From Minisyncoccota bacterium (GTDB lineage Bacteria; Patescibacteriota; Minisyncoccia; Phycocordibacterales; UBA6065), in the NCBI GenBank assembly GCA_035546035.1, contig DASZXC010000001.1:19538-83537 (forward strand): a DNA stretch of 64,000 nucleotides. Reading direction: 5' to 3'. The notes under the pieces were generated by a model. That model ran no database searches. It saw only the letters and a program-made list of their open reading frames with translations, and had not been told where the DNA came from. The translations under genes and the position numbers were made by a program. Position 1 is the first letter of the stretch. Each line of letters starts with the position of its first letter. This document shows positions 44,241 to 53,680 of this stretch, piece by piece.

Positions 44241-45317
44241 CTAAGCTACCGCTGAATACCTGCCCTCCTTATCCTTCTTGAAATACTTCGGGTTCTGGAG
44301 ATTCACAAGGATCGTATTCTCCTTCACGTACCGCTCCTTCATGACCTTCTCGACGATCTCTTTTTTAGTGAGGGGACCGTTCTTGTCTATGATCTTCTTG
44401 ATGACATCCTTCACCACACCCGACATATAGCCCCATTCAGAGAGCGCGTAGAGCCCGCGGCCGACGAGGACGAAGCGAGGGTCCTTGATAAGCTCGTTGT
44501 GAGTGGTCGCGACATGAGCCTTCTTGTCGAACATCTTTTCGATCTGCTTCGCCACCTCGCGAAAGTGAATCGGCGAGCCGTGCTTCCTGATCACGAGAAA
44601 CGCGTAATCGCGCATGCCCTTTGCCTTGATGTTCGGAGAGTGAGATACGCCCCATTCGCCGAGAGGGTTCTTGCCCACCTTTTTAGAGAGAGAAAGCCAT
44701 CGCTTGAGGATCTCTTCGTTCCGGTACTGGTCGTTGAGACCTTCGATGTGGTTGAGGAAGGTGTCGATCATCTCCGATTCGGGGATGATGTCGTCATCTT
44801 TGAGGTTCTTGTAGAGCTTCTTGAGGGCATCTTCGACTTTCTTCGAAGTATCCTCGTCTACATGCCATCGGTGCTTGAAATGGTCGTCCTCTTTCTGCCA
44901 CTTGAACGCGCGGCCGAGCACGAGGAGGAAATATATATGGTTCTGGATAGAGGCGTCCTTGGAAACAGAATCGAGAAGGTCCTCTTCGGCCATGACGCCG
45001 CCCAATTCCCGCATCATGCCTTCGAGCTCCTTGAAAGCCGCGGCCTGGGCTTCGTATTCCTTCGATTTCTGGATGTTCGAGATAGCGTAGTTCTCGATCT
45101 GCCGGACACGCTCGCGGGTGATGCCGTATGTCTTGCCTATGGCCTCGAGCGTCATCTTCTTGGCGTCCTTGCCGAGGCCGTAGCGCTTCACGATGACCTC
45201 CTGGGCGCGGTCAGGGAGGCTCTTGAGGAGCGCTTTGACGACCTGCTTTGGCTTGAGGGTGAGGCTCGTGGTCATAATCGTTACTTTGTTTGTATCATTG
45301 GTTTGATAGTAAGTCAA
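44241..45317 (-). CDS. Sigma-70 region 4 (HTH) domain protein fused to an unknown C-terminal domain of about 270 aa
   Basis: The N-terminal LPDRAQEVIVKRYGLGKDAKKMTLEAIGKTYGITRERVRQIENYAISNIQ fits sigma-70 region 4 / LuxR-like HTH. No regions 2 or 3 are detectable. Confidence 0.55.
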   Translation of the reverse strand: MTYYQTNDTNKVTIMTTSLTLKPKQVVKALLKSLPDRAQEVIVKRYGLGKDAKKMTLEAIGKTYGITRERVRQIENYAISNIQKSKEYEAQAAAFKELEGMMRELGGVMAEEDLLDSVSKDASIQNHIYFLLVLGRAFKWQKEDDHFKHRWHVDEDTSKKVEDALKKLYKNLKDDDIIPESEMIDTFLNHIEGLNDQYRNEEILKRWLSLSKKVGKNPLGEWGVSHSPNIKAKGMRDYAFLVIRKHGSPIHFREVAKQIEKMFDKKAHVATTHNELIKDPRFVLVGRGLYALSEWGYMSGVVKDVIKKIIDKNGPLTKKEIVEKVMKERYVKENTILVNLQNPKYFKKDKEGRYSAVA

Positions 45318-45362
45318 GATTAAGGCGCTGTCAATGGGCCTGTCAAGAGCCCCTCGCCGATC

Positions 45363-48203
45363 CTACTTAACGACGATCGACACAAGCTTGTCCTGAACGA
45401 CGATCACCTTCTCCGGCTTCTTGTCCCCTACCCATTTCTTCACGTCGTCGAGAGCGAGAGCGGCCTTTTCGAGCGCGGCCTTTTCGGCGCCGCGCGGCGC
45501 AACGAAATCACCGCGCACCTTGCCATTCACCTGGACGACGATCTTCGCCGATTCGTCGGCGATCTTTGATTCGTCGGCGACAGGCCACGGCGCGACATTG
45601 ACCAATTTTCTATTGCCGAGATCCGCCCATAATTCATCGGCGACATGGGGAGCGAACGGAGCAAGGAGCCTGACGAATATGCCGAAATCGTCAGCCGAAA
45701 GGGCCGGCTCTTTTTCAAGCGCATTCAAGAGGATCATGAGGGACGAGACGGCCGTGTTGAATCCCATGGCTTCGATATCGGTAGAGACCTTTTTAACGGT
45801 CTTATGGAGGAGCGTCTCGGCTTCCCTTGAAACCTTCGCGCCCTTGGTTATTTTTTCGGCGAGAGCGTATGCTCTTTCGACGAATCGGCGCGGTCCGATG
45901 ATGCTCTTGGTGTCCCACGCGATGGCCTGATCGAAGGGCCCCATGAACATCTCATAGAGGCGGAGCGAATCGGCGCCATAGGTCGCCACGAGGTCGTCAG
46001 GATTGACGACGTTACCGAGCGATTTGGACATTTTGACGCCTCCTTCGGCGAGTATGAGGCCGTGCGACGTGCGCTTCATGTACGGCTCGTCCGTATTTAC
46101 CGCCCCGATGTCGAAAAGGAATTTATGCCAGAAGCGCGAATACAAGAGATGCAGCGTCGTGTGCTCCATGCCGCCGTTATACCAATCTACGGGCGCCCAA
46201 TACGCGATCTTGTCCTGCGCGGCGAATGCTTCTTTATTCTTCGGATCTATATAGCGGAGATAGTACCAAGAAGAACCTGCCCAATTTGGCATTGTATCGG
46301 TCTCTCGGCGCGCAGGGCCTTTGCATTTCGGGCATGTGACGCTCACCCAGTCCGTAATGACGGAAAGCGGAGATTCGCCCGTATCGGTCGGCTCGTATTT
46401 TTTCACCTTGGGCAATTCGACGGGCAAGTCTTTTTCAGGAACGGGAACCCAGCCGCACGATTCGCAATGGATCATCGGTATAGGCTCGCCCCAGTAGCGC
46501 TGGCGCGAGAATATCCAGTCGCGGAGCTTGTACTTCACGACCCAAGCGCCGCCCACGGCTTCAGTGATCTTCTTGCGGGCTTCAACGGATTCCATGTCAT
46601 CGAAATCATTGGAATTGAAAAGGATACCGTCATCGGCATAGACATAGTCATCGTTATCAAGGATATTCAAGATGAAATCGCCCTCGAATACGGTGAAGAA
46701 ATTCTTGAGCTCGTTTCTCTTCTTCCAGACGACCTCGTGGAGAGCAGACTCTCTTTCATCGACGGCCGCGCGTTCGTCATTCTCCAGATCGAAGAATACG
46801 AAACTGAAATGAGCGTGGCGATTTTGCTTTTTGACGCGGTGATAGAAGAACGTGTTTATCTTTATATCCGACGTCCTCATGTGCTTTAGGTTTTTGTAGC
46901 CAGTCTCTTCGAGGACCTCGCGGCGGGCCGCTTCGACGAGGTCTTCGCCTTTTTCCACGCCGCCTGTGAAGAGGCCGTGCATATGGATTCCCTTCCAGCT
47001 ATTGCAGAGGTACGTGCCGTCCTCCGGATTTCGCACGACGATACAAACCGCGTCGCGCTTTACGAACGGCAAATCGGGCCTAATCGCTCCTTCGCCGGAG
47101 AGACCTTTGAATGCAGGCTCGATGACGCGACGGATCGGCAATCCGAACTTCTTGGCGAACGCATGGTCGCGCTCGTCGTGGGCAGGTACGGCCATGACCG
47201 CGCCAGTTCCATACGTCGCGAGCACGTAATCGGAAATGAATACGGGAATCTCTTCGCCATTCGCCGGATTTATCGCCACAACACCATCGAGCTTTACGCC
47301 GGTCTTTTCTTTCTGGGCGTCGGTGCGGGCGATCTCGTCCATTTTCTTGGCAGCCGAAACGTATCTTTCGACTTCCGTCTTGTTTTTATATGAAAGCCTG
47401 GAAACAAGCTCATGCTCCGGCGCCAGAACGAGGTATGTCACGCCGAAGAGCGTGTCGGGACGGGTCGTAAACACGCGGACTTTTTCATTCGCGCCTTTGA
47501 CTGCGAAATCAAGCTCCGCGCCTTCGCTCCGGCCGATCCAATTCCTCTGCTGGATCTTTATCTTCTCCAGATAATCTACTTTGCCGAGGTCGTCATAGAG
47601 CCTGTCGGCGTATTTAGTGATAGCGAGCATCCATTGCTCTTTGACGCGCTTCTCCACCGGAGTACCGCAGCGCTCGCAGCAGCCGTTCACGACTTCCTCG
47701 TTCGCCAGTCCGATCTTGTCCTTGGGACACCAGTTGATCTCGGTCTTGGCTTTGTATGCGAGGCCCTTTTTATACATCTCTATGAATATCCACTGGGTCC
47801 AGCGGAAATACGCCGGATCGCTCGTATTCACTTCGCGCGACCAATCGAACGATAGGCCGAGGGATTTGAGCTGCCTTCGGAAGTTATCGGTATTCTCTTC
47901 CGTCACATCCTTCGGCTGGCGGCCGGTCTTGATGGCGTAGTTTTCCGTAGGCAGTCCGAAAGCGTCCCAGCCTATGGGATACAAGACGTTCTCGCCCTGC
48001 ATGCGGCGCTTCCTCGCGACGATATCCATCGCGGTGTAGCTCCTGATATGGCCGGTATGGAGGCCAGAACCCGACGGGAACGGAAATTCGACGAGAGGAT
48101 AGAATTTCTTCTTCGCGCTCTTATCGTCCGCCTCGTATATGCCCCGCTTCTCCCACTCTTTCTGCCACTTCTTCTCTATTTTCGAGTGATCGTACTTTTT
48201 CAT
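45363..48203 (-). CDS. leuS: Leucyl-tRNA synthetase with a Nudix hydrolase domain embedded in the CP1/editing region
   Basis: HIGH region (PSGSGLHTGHIRSY), editing-site blocks TTRPDT and GAVMAVPAHDERD, KMSKS (VKMSKSLGN), and a Nudix box GGVEKGEDLVEAARREVLEETGY (Gx5Ex7REUxEExGU) at about aa 414-436; 946 aa. Confidence 0.9.
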   Translation of the reverse strand: MKKYDHSKIEKKWQKEWEKRGIYEADDKSAKKKFYPLVEFPFPSGSGLHTGHIRSYTAMDIVARKRRMQGENVLYPIGWDAFGLPTENYAIKTGRQPKDVTEENTDNFRRQLKSLGLSFDWSREVNTSDPAYFRWTQWIFIEMYKKGLAYKAKTEINWCPKDKIGLANEEVVNGCCERCGTPVEKRVKEQWMLAITKYADRLYDDLGKVDYLEKIKIQQRNWIGRSEGAELDFAVKGANEKVRVFTTRPDTLFGVTYLVLAPEHELVSRLSYKNKTEVERYVSAAKKMDEIARTDAQKEKTGVKLDGVVAINPANGEEIPVFISDYVLATYGTGAVMAVPAHDERDHAFAKKFGLPIRRVIEPAFKGLSGEGAIRPDLPFVKRDAVCIVVRNPEDGTYLCNSWKGIHMHGLFTGGVEKGEDLVEAARREVLEETGYKNLKHMRTSDIKINTFFYHRVKKQNRHAHFSFVFFDLENDERAAVDERESALHEVVWKKRNELKNFFTVFEGDFILNILDNDDYVYADDGILFNSNDFDDMESVEARKKITEAVGGAWVVKYKLRDWIFSRQRYWGEPIPMIHCESCGWVPVPEKDLPVELPKVKKYEPTDTGESPLSVITDWVSVTCPKCKGPARRETDTMPNWAGSSWYYLRYIDPKNKEAFAAQDKIAYWAPVDWYNGGMEHTTLHLLYSRFWHKFLFDIGAVNTDEPYMKRTSHGLILAEGGVKMSKSLGNVVNPDDLVATYGADSLRLYEMFMGPFDQAIAWDTKSIIGPRRFVERAYALAEKITKGAKVSREAETLLHKTVKKVSTDIEAMGFNTAVSSLMILLNALEKEPALSADDFGIFVRLLAPFAPHVADELWADLGNRKLVNVAPWPVADESKIADESAKIVVQVNGKVRGDFVAPRGAEKAALEKAALALDDVKKWVGDKKPEKVIVVQDKLVSIVVK

Positions 48204-48206
48204 CTG

Positions 48207-49163
48207 CTAGATAGCGCCCTTCGCCCTCACCGGATAGAGGTCGGGATCGATGTTTCGGTCGAAACAGGCCGTGCCCATGCCGTGCGCCCAGTTATTAGAG
48301 CCGGAAGCCGCGGCCGACATGCCGTAATCGGCCGCGTATTTATTTATGCTCGCGGCGCCGGATTTAAGGTTGAAGTCGGCGCAGACCTTGAACGACACCG
48401 CGCCGGTCTTCTGATATCCGTATGCCGTGCCCGTTTCAGGGTCGACAGGGACCATGAAGCTCGATATCGGGTCGTTGAGGCTCGCGATATCGGTCGGCAA
48501 CGCTCCCTTCTGCTGCCAGTAATTGACGATCTGCCACTGGATCGACGTGAGGTCGTTCACGCGCCTTTCGTCGAAGCGCGCGGCACGAGCCTGCATCGGC
48601 GAGCCGACGAGCACGAAGCCGGTCACGAGAGATCCGAAGACGAGGAGCGACGCCAGGGATATGATGAGAAGCGTCTTCTTCGGAGCGTCGGCGGCGAAGG
48701 TCTTCTTGAGGTCATAAAAGTAATAGCTGAAGACCGCCCCGGAAACCACGAGCACGGAGACGATCTTCCAGATGAAGCGCGACGTGATCTCGCCTCCGAG
48801 GAACGTGTTCACGAGAACGACCAGATCTATGACAACCGCAACGCCCGTGATGAAGAGCGTCAGATATGTAAGCCACTTCCTCACCGCGATGTCCTTCTTC
48901 TCAGGATTAGCGCGGACGTACTTGTCTATATAAGACGCGATGACGAGATAGAGCGGGAATACGATGAGAAGGCATGCGATTGCCGCGCGGATCGGGCCGG
49001 AATAGAAATCAGTCGCGTAATAATAGGAATTGAGCATATCCGGGAACGCGCGGTTGATGATGGCGAAGAGGAGGCTGACGAGCGATACGACGCTCACATA
49101 GAGACCCGCGAAGCTCGCGAGATATATGAAGAAATCCTTGGCTGTGGTTTTGTTTGGCATATG
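48207..49163 (-). CDS. Hypothetical membrane protein (4-5 TM helices plus a C-terminal extracytoplasmic domain)
   Basis: Start set at MPNKTTAKDFF, because the longer ORF would run through the upstream terminator and the DUF378 gene. Confidence 0.45.
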   Translation of the reverse strand, partial: HMPNKTTAKDFFIYLASFAGLYVSVVSLVSLLFAIINRAFPDMLNSYYYATDFYSGPIRAAIACLLIVFPLYLVIASYIDKYVRANPEKKDIAVRKWLTYLTLFITGVAVVIDLVVLVNTFLGGEITSRFIWKIVSVLVVSGAVFSYYFYDLKKTFAADAPKKTLLIISLASLLVFGSLVTGFVLVGSPMQARAARFDERRVNDLTSIQWQIVNYWQQKGALPTDIASLNDPISSFMVPVDPETGTAYGYQKTGAVSFKVCADFNLKSGAASINKYAADYGMSAAASGSNNWAHGMGTACFDRNIDPDLYPVRAKGAI

Positions 49164-49185
49164 CTCAATGATAATGAACCGGGCA

Positions 49186-49212
49186 TGAAAAAGCCAGGCT
49201 GCAGAGCCTGGC
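49186..49212 (-). terminator. Intrinsic terminator after the DUF378 gene
   Basis: agccaggct-ctgc-agcctggct flanked by an A-tract and a T-tract. Confidence 0.6.
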
Positions 49213-49219
49213 TTTTTCG

Positions 49220-49444
49220 CTACATCGTCGCAGGAGCCGACGACGACATGCATGCCTTGCAGTCCTTCTTGTGGGTGAAGAGGACGAGAAGGCCGGAGAG
49301 GCCTACAAGTATGTAGACGATCTTCTCAACGGCAGGCCAGCTGCCGAGGATCATGTTCACGAGGTTCCATCCGAGCGCGGTCAAGCCCCAGTTTACGGCG
49401 CCGACGACGACGAGGATGAAGGCGATCATGTGAAGTGCTTTCAT
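49220..49444 (-). CDS. DUF378-family small integral membrane protein
   Basis: AFILVVVGAVNWGLTALGWNLV matches the DUF378 GAxNWGLxG motif; 74 aa with 2 TM helices. Confidence 0.6.
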   Translation of the reverse strand: MKALHMIAFILVVVGAVNWGLTALGWNLVNMILGSWPAVEKIVYILVGLSGLLVLFTHKKDCKACMSSSAPATM

Positions 49445-49636
49445 GGTCTCAAAAGATATGTTGATAAAAATCCGCTGCGACTTTTACTCATCAATTATAT
49501 CAACTTGGCAAGAGTTTGGCGCGATAGAGTTATGCACAGAGTCTCGTCCTCCGTTCCCGCGCCCTAAACCATGAATCTTAGAGGACCGACGGCCTATAAA
49601 GCTAAGCCCCATATCCTTTTTGACAAGAAGATGGGG

Positions 49637-49846
49637 TTAGAGGCTTTTCTTTTTCGCTTTTTCTGTATCCTTGATCTGTCTGATCTTGGATCGATTCACG
49701 GCGATGATCTCTTTGAGCCGTGCGGCCCCGAGCTCTCGTCGCATGCCTTGAGCGACGAGAGATAGCTCGTATCTACAATCGGCGATCTCTTGTCGGAGGC
49801 TCCTGATCTGTCCATACGGGCCGGTACCCGATACTCCAAGTGCCAT
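49637..49846 (-). CDS. Hypothetical small protein (69 aa)
   Basis: Short ORF with plausible codon usage and coiled-coil character. Confidence 0.3.
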   Translation of the reverse strand: MALGVSGTGPYGQIRSLRQEIADCRYELSLVAQGMRRELGAARLKEIIAVNRSKIRQIKDTEKAKKKSL

Positions 49847-49886
49847 AAAGCACCTCCTTTCTAGAGTCAGCCTAGCATAGATCTGC

Positions 49887-50981
49887 CTAGACCATGAATT
49901 CTATGACGTCTCCGTCCTTCACGATATAGTCTTTGCCTTCGGTCCTGACCTGCCCTTTTTCGCGCGCAGCGGCATAGGAGCCTGCGGCGAGCAATTTGTC
50001 CCATTCGATGACCTGCGCGCGGACGAATTTGGCGATGAAGTCGGTATGAATGACGCCCGCGGCGGTCGGCGCATTCCAGCCTTTTTGTATGGTCCAGCCG
50101 CGAGTCTCGTCTTCGCCCGTCGTGAAATAGGTGATAAGGCCGAGGAGCTCGTACGATTTTTTGATAAGCGCGTCGATACCGTTGTCTGCCCCGAGGCCCT
50201 GGCGCATCTCGGCCTTCTCGGCTTCGGTCATGTCTTTGAGGTCGTGCTCGATTCCGGCGTCTACGACGACGTACCCTGCCCCGCTCTTCTGGATGAAATC
50301 GATTAATTTGATAAAGCGCTCGTCTCTCATCTCGTCCAAGTTTTTACCGCCCGACTTCTTATTCAACACATAGAGGATCTTCTTCGACGTCAGAAGATGG
50401 AGCTGCTTGTAGAGCGGCGTTTCGAACTCGTCAGGCATAACGGACGATGCGAGCCTACCCTCTTCAAGAGCGGGTTTAAGGCGCTCGAGCAATCTCATCT
50501 CGATGATCGCTTCTTTTTTGTTTCCTTTCACATCCTTGGCGACGTTCTGCATGCGCTTGGTCACGGTATCGAGATCGGCGAATATGAGCTCCATATTGAT
50601 GACCTCTATGTCGTGGAGCGGGTCTATCTTGTTCGCAACGTGGATGATGTCGTCGTCTTCGAATATGCGGACGACTTCGGCGATGGCGTCGGTCTCGCGG
50701 ATGTTCGAGAGGAATTTATTGCCGAGGCCTTCGCCCTGAGCGGCGCCTTTCACGAGGCCGGCGATATCCACGAATTCGACAGCGGCCGGAACGGTCTTCT
50801 TGGATTTCGAGAGATCGGAGAGCTTCCAGAGGCGCTCGTCGGGCACGGCGACGACGCCGACCGACGGGTCGATCGTGGCGAACGGATAGTTGGCGACAAG
50901 GACGCTCTTCTTGGTGAGAGCGTTGAAAAGCGTCGATTTGCCGACGTTCGGAAGCCCGACGATGCCGATAGAGAGGGACAT
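49887..50981 (-). CDS. ychF: Ribosome-binding ATPase YchF (Obg-family GTPase)
   Basis: [19 protein letters not shown]-loop and a TGS domain at the C-terminus; 364 aa. Confidence 0.9.
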   Translation of the reverse strand: MSLSIGIVGLPNVGKSTLFNALTKKSVLVANYPFATIDPSVGVVAVPDERLWKLSDLSKSKKTVPAAVEFVDIAGLVKGAAQGEGLGNKFLSNIRETDAIAEVVRIFEDDDIIHVANKIDPLHDIEVINMELIFADLDTVTKRMQNVAKDVKGNKKEAIIEMRLLERLKPALEEGRLASSVMPDEFETPLYKQLHLLTSKKILYVLNKKSGGKNLDEMRDERFIKLIDFIQKSGAGYVVVDAGIEHDLKDMTEAEKAEMRQGLGADNGIDALIKKSYELLGLITYFTTGEDETRGWTIQKGWNAPTAAGVIHTDFIAKFVRAQVIEWDKLLAAGSYAAAREKGQVRTEGKDYIVKDGDVIEFMV

Positions 50982-50997
50982 AGGGCTTTACCTTATA

Positions 50998-51582
50998 CTA
51001 TTTTGCCTTCCTGCCAAGCTTCTCGACGACCGAAAGGAGCCTCTGCGACTTTTCAAGCGGCATCTTCTTCATGCCTGAGAACCAGGTCTTCCTCACCGGA
51101 GCGAAGCCGGAGAATCGGAGGACGCCGCGGACCCAGCTGTTTATATTGCCACCGAACAATGCCCAGAGGATAAGGGGATGCGTATCCGACGTGACGATGA
51201 CGCGCGCCGAACGCCCCTTCAATCGGCGATACCAGCCCGGCACCAGGCCTTTCCTGAAATTGAACGCGAAGCCCGGCATCCAGACGCGGTCTACGAGACC
51301 CTTCATGAGAGCGGGGATGTCAGACCACCAAATCGGGAATACCGATACGAAATGCTCCGACCATTTGACGTTCTCCTGGAATCGCACGAGGTCGGGCTCG
51401 AACTGCTGTATGACCTTGTATCCCCTATGGAGGATCGGGTCGAATCTCATGTCCGCGATATGCATGATTCGGACTTCGTGCCCCGCCGACTGCGCGCCCT
51501 TGGCATACGATTCGGCAAGTGCCGTCGAAAAAGAATCGTGGTCAGGATTGCCTATGAAAATGAATACTCTCTTTGAGCGCAT
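50998..51582 (-). CDS. Flavodoxin-like fold NAD(P)H-dependent oxidoreductase (NAD(P)H dehydrogenase (quinone)-like)
   Basis: RVFIFIGNPDHDSFSTALAESYAKGAQSAGHEVRIMHI resembles Flavodoxin_2 family N-termini; 194 aa. Confidence 0.6.
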   Translation of the reverse strand: MRSKRVFIFIGNPDHDSFSTALAESYAKGAQSAGHEVRIMHIADMRFDPILHRGYKVIQQFEPDLVRFQENVKWSEHFVSVFPIWWSDIPALMKGLVDRVWMPGFAFNFRKGLVPGWYRRLKGRSARVIVTSDTHPLILWALFGGNINSWVRGVLRFSGFAPVRKTWFSGMKKMPLEKSQRLLSVVEKLGRKAK

Positions 51583-51583
51583 A

Positions 51584-51811
51584 TTATTTCTGTATGAGCT
51601 TTCCGAGCTCGTCGCGGTGCTTTCCCATGAGCTCCATCATGACCGTCTGTTGGTCTTTGCCCGATTTGAGGCCTTCCTGCAATTCTTTCGCGAGGCTCTC
51701 GAAGAATGCCGGATTCTTTTCGACGAGGTCGAGGAGCGCTTCCTGATCGGCTTCAGGCACGCCTTTTAGCTGGGACTTCATGGCTTGCTTCATCAAAAAT
51801 CGTTTGAGCAT
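51584..51811 (-). CDS. Hypothetical small protein
   Basis: Start placed at MLKRFLMKQ to avoid overlap with the zwf 3' end. No known motif. Confidence 0.3.
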   Translation of the reverse strand: MLKRFLMKQAMKSQLKGVPEADQEALLDLVEKNPAFFESLAKELQEGLKSGKDQQTVMMELMGKHRDELGKLIQK

Positions 51812-51816
51812 AGTCG

Positions 51817-53070
51817 TTACTCTACCAAAAAAGGCTTGCCCGGGCCATATCGCTCGAGCGGGACCTTGTTCCAGCATGCCACGACGCGGTCGGCATATGC
51901 CCAGAGGGCGCGGACTTCGTCGGAGCCAGCAAAGGCTCTCTCTGTGCCGCGGGTAGCGGCGAGAATGACGTTTCCGTACGCATCGCGGGTTCTAGGTATG
52001 TCGAACGACTCCCTGCTTCCGTCGCAGCTCTCTATGACGATCTCCTGCTCCGGCTGGATCCTAAAGACCATCTTTCGAGGAATGCCGGATATTTCCTTGA
52101 ACGATATCTCGGCGAACGAGCCTGAAGACGGCATCCGCTTTCCGGAAACGAGCGTAACAGGCACTCCCTTCAGCTTTCCCGAACGGAAACAGGTCACGAC
52201 TTCGAAAGCGGTTTCGGTTTCTGAGCCCGGATCCACGCCCTTCTCATTCCCATATCCCTCGTACTGGCCGCGGCGGGAAAGCTCGCATGTCTTGGCAGGG
52301 GGCGCGAGGCGTTTCAGAGCTTTTGCTCTCGCAGACTGCCACGATGCGGCACGGACGCTCGGCTCTGCCGCAATGACCGCCAATGCTTCGAGGATATGGT
52401 TCTGTCCCACGTCACGGAACGCTCCCATACCGTCATATGACGCCCCGCGGCCGTCGATCCCCTTTTCCTCGAACAAGGCTACGCGGATCGATTCGACGCT
52501 CTCGTTCGAAATGAGGCGTGCAAGCTCCGGCGTGCTCTCGTGAAGATCCATAACTGCCCGAAGTGTGTCTTTGCCGAGATAATGGTCTACGCGAAAGATC
52601 TGACCTTCATCGAGAAATCCTTCGAGGACGCGATCCAAGGACTTGGCGCTCTTTTCATCCGTGCCGAAAGGCTTCTCTATGAGGAGCTTGCCCCTTCCGC
52701 GCGATATAAGGCCGACATCGTGAAGCCCTTGCGCGACCGGAGCGTGGAAATTCGGAGCGAGCGATGAATAGAAGATGGCCCCTTCGGCATTTCCCGCGAT
52801 CTTGTCGGCGAGCTCCGCGTACCCCGTTCCCGCATCGACGTCGATCTTGACGTAAGAGACCTTCGAAACGAATCCGTCGTCGAACGTTCCGCCCTGCCGG
52901 AGGAAAGAGGCAAAACCCTCGTCGTTCCAATCCCGCCTTCCCGTCGCGATGATGCGCGGATCGCCGCCCAGAGCGCCTTCGCGGCAAAGGGCCTGGAGCG
53001 CCGGAAATATCTTTTTGACCGCAAGATCCCCCGTGGCGCCGAACAATACGAAGACGAAAGGCTTGTCCAT
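51817..53070 (-). CDS. zwf: Glucose-6-phosphate 1-dehydrogenase
   Basis: FVLFGATGDLAVKKIFPAL (NADP-binding), EKPFGTD and RVDHYLGKD (the RIDHYLGKE active-site block). Start set at MDKPF (53070), because the hairpin terminator at 53096-53128 lies inside the longer ORF. Confidence 0.85.
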   Translation of the reverse strand: MDKPFVFVLFGATGDLAVKKIFPALQALCREGALGGDPRIIATGRRDWNDEGFASFLRQGGTFDDGFVSKVSYVKIDVDAGTGYAELADKIAGNAEGAIFYSSLAPNFHAPVAQGLHDVGLISRGRGKLLIEKPFGTDEKSAKSLDRVLEGFLDEGQIFRVDHYLGKDTLRAVMDLHESTPELARLISNESVESIRVALFEEKGIDGRGASYDGMGAFRDVGQNHILEALAVIAAEPSVRAASWQSARAKALKRLAPPAKTCELSRRGQYEGYGNEKGVDPGSETETAFEVVTCFRSGKLKGVPVTLVSGKRMPSSGSFAEISFKEISGIPRKMVFRIQPEQEIVIESCDGSRESFDIPRTRDAYGNVILAATRGTERAFAGSDEVRALWAYADRVVACWNKVPLERYGPGKPFLVE

Positions 53071-53095
53071 GAAAAAAGTATACAGGAAAGCATGG

Positions 53096-53128
53096 AAAAA
53101 GCCCCGCGCACGTATGTGCGCGGGGCTT
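53096..53128 (-). terminator. Intrinsic terminator (12-bp GC-rich stem) upstream of zwf
   Basis: agccccgcgcac-gtat-gtgcgcggggct, followed on the minus strand by tttttcc. Confidence 0.65.
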
Positions 53129-53139
53129 TGAGACAACCG

Positions 53140-53538
53140 TCATCTCGGAGCGAAGAGGATCCGGAGAGGGGCGACGATCGCCTCCCCGACGAGGCCGCCG
53201 AAGGTCTTCGGCCATCGCTTCGGCTCGTATCTGTATACGAGCTTCGAGGAACGGATAGAGATGCTCTTCTCGCCGTCGAGATGCCAGCGAAAGTCGGGCC
53301 TGCCGTCTTTCATGGCGAAGGTGTCCCGAAGGAACGGGATGCCGACGGAAGCCCTGTCTTTGGCGGCGATGTCTTCTTTCTGGAAGTATGCTTCGAGCTC
53401 GCGCTCGAGCCGGAGCGAGAGAGCATGCTGGGGAGCGATCTCCCGCGGCGGCTGCCACGCAATGACGGCCTGTGCCCGAAGATACGAAGGCGCGAATACG
53501 GATACCGCGCCGATGAGGAGGATTCGAAGGACATTCAT
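53140..53538 (-). CDS. Hypothetical small secreted protein
   Basis: Signal-peptide-like N-terminus (MNVLRILLIGAVSVFAPSYLRAQA); 132 aa. Confidence 0.4.
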   Translation of the reverse strand: MNVLRILLIGAVSVFAPSYLRAQAVIAWQPPREIAPQHALSLRLERELEAYFQKEDIAAKDRASVGIPFLRDTFAMKDGRPDFRWHLDGEKSISIRSSKLVYRYEPKRWPKTFGGLVGEAIVAPLRILFAPR

Positions 53539-53569
53539 GGGGTAATGGATCTAGGTCCATATATACCAG

Positions 53570-53604
53570 AAATAAAGGCCCGGCGCACGCGCGTGCGCCG
53601 GGCC
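53570..53604 (-). terminator. Perfect palindromic hairpin terminator after tRNA-Ala(GGC)
   Basis: ggcccggcgcacgcgcgtgcgccgggcc is a 28-nt perfect palindrome, with tttattt downstream on the minus strand. Confidence 0.6.
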
Positions 53605-53609
53605 TTCTG

Positions 53610-53680
53610 TGGACCTACGGGGAATCGAACCCCGCACTCATCCATGCCATGGATGCGTATTACCGATATACTATAGGCCC
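53610..53680 (-). tRNA. tRNA-Ala (anticodon GGC)
   Basis: The minus strand folds as a cloverleaf: acceptor GGGCCUA/UAGGUCC with a G3:U70 pair (the Ala identity element), anticodon loop AUGGCAU, T-loop UUCGAUU. No encoded CCA. Confidence 0.85.

Noticed and set aside
48207-49253. N-terminal extension of the membrane protein ORF back to 49253
   Set aside because: The extension crosses a strong hairpin terminator and overlaps the DUF378 gene. The start was moved to the ATG at 49163.
49459-49510. Widely spaced inverted repeat gttgata...tatcaac around an extended -10 (TGaTATAAT) upstream of the DUF378 gene
   Set aside because: Its 7-bp arms are separated by 38 nt. This is too weak and too widely spaced to call an operator with any confidence, though the extended -10 promoter itself is plausible.
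53070-53136. 22-aa N-terminal extension of zwf
   Set aside because: The extension spans the 12-bp-stem terminator at 53100-53127. The canonical G6PD N-terminus begins at MDKPFVFVLFGATGDL.
52655-53560. 301-aa and 144-aa minus-strand ORFs in other frames, and a 252-aa plus-strand ORF across zwf
   Set aside because: Alternative frames or antisense of the zwf gene. The Arg-rich translations are not protein-like.
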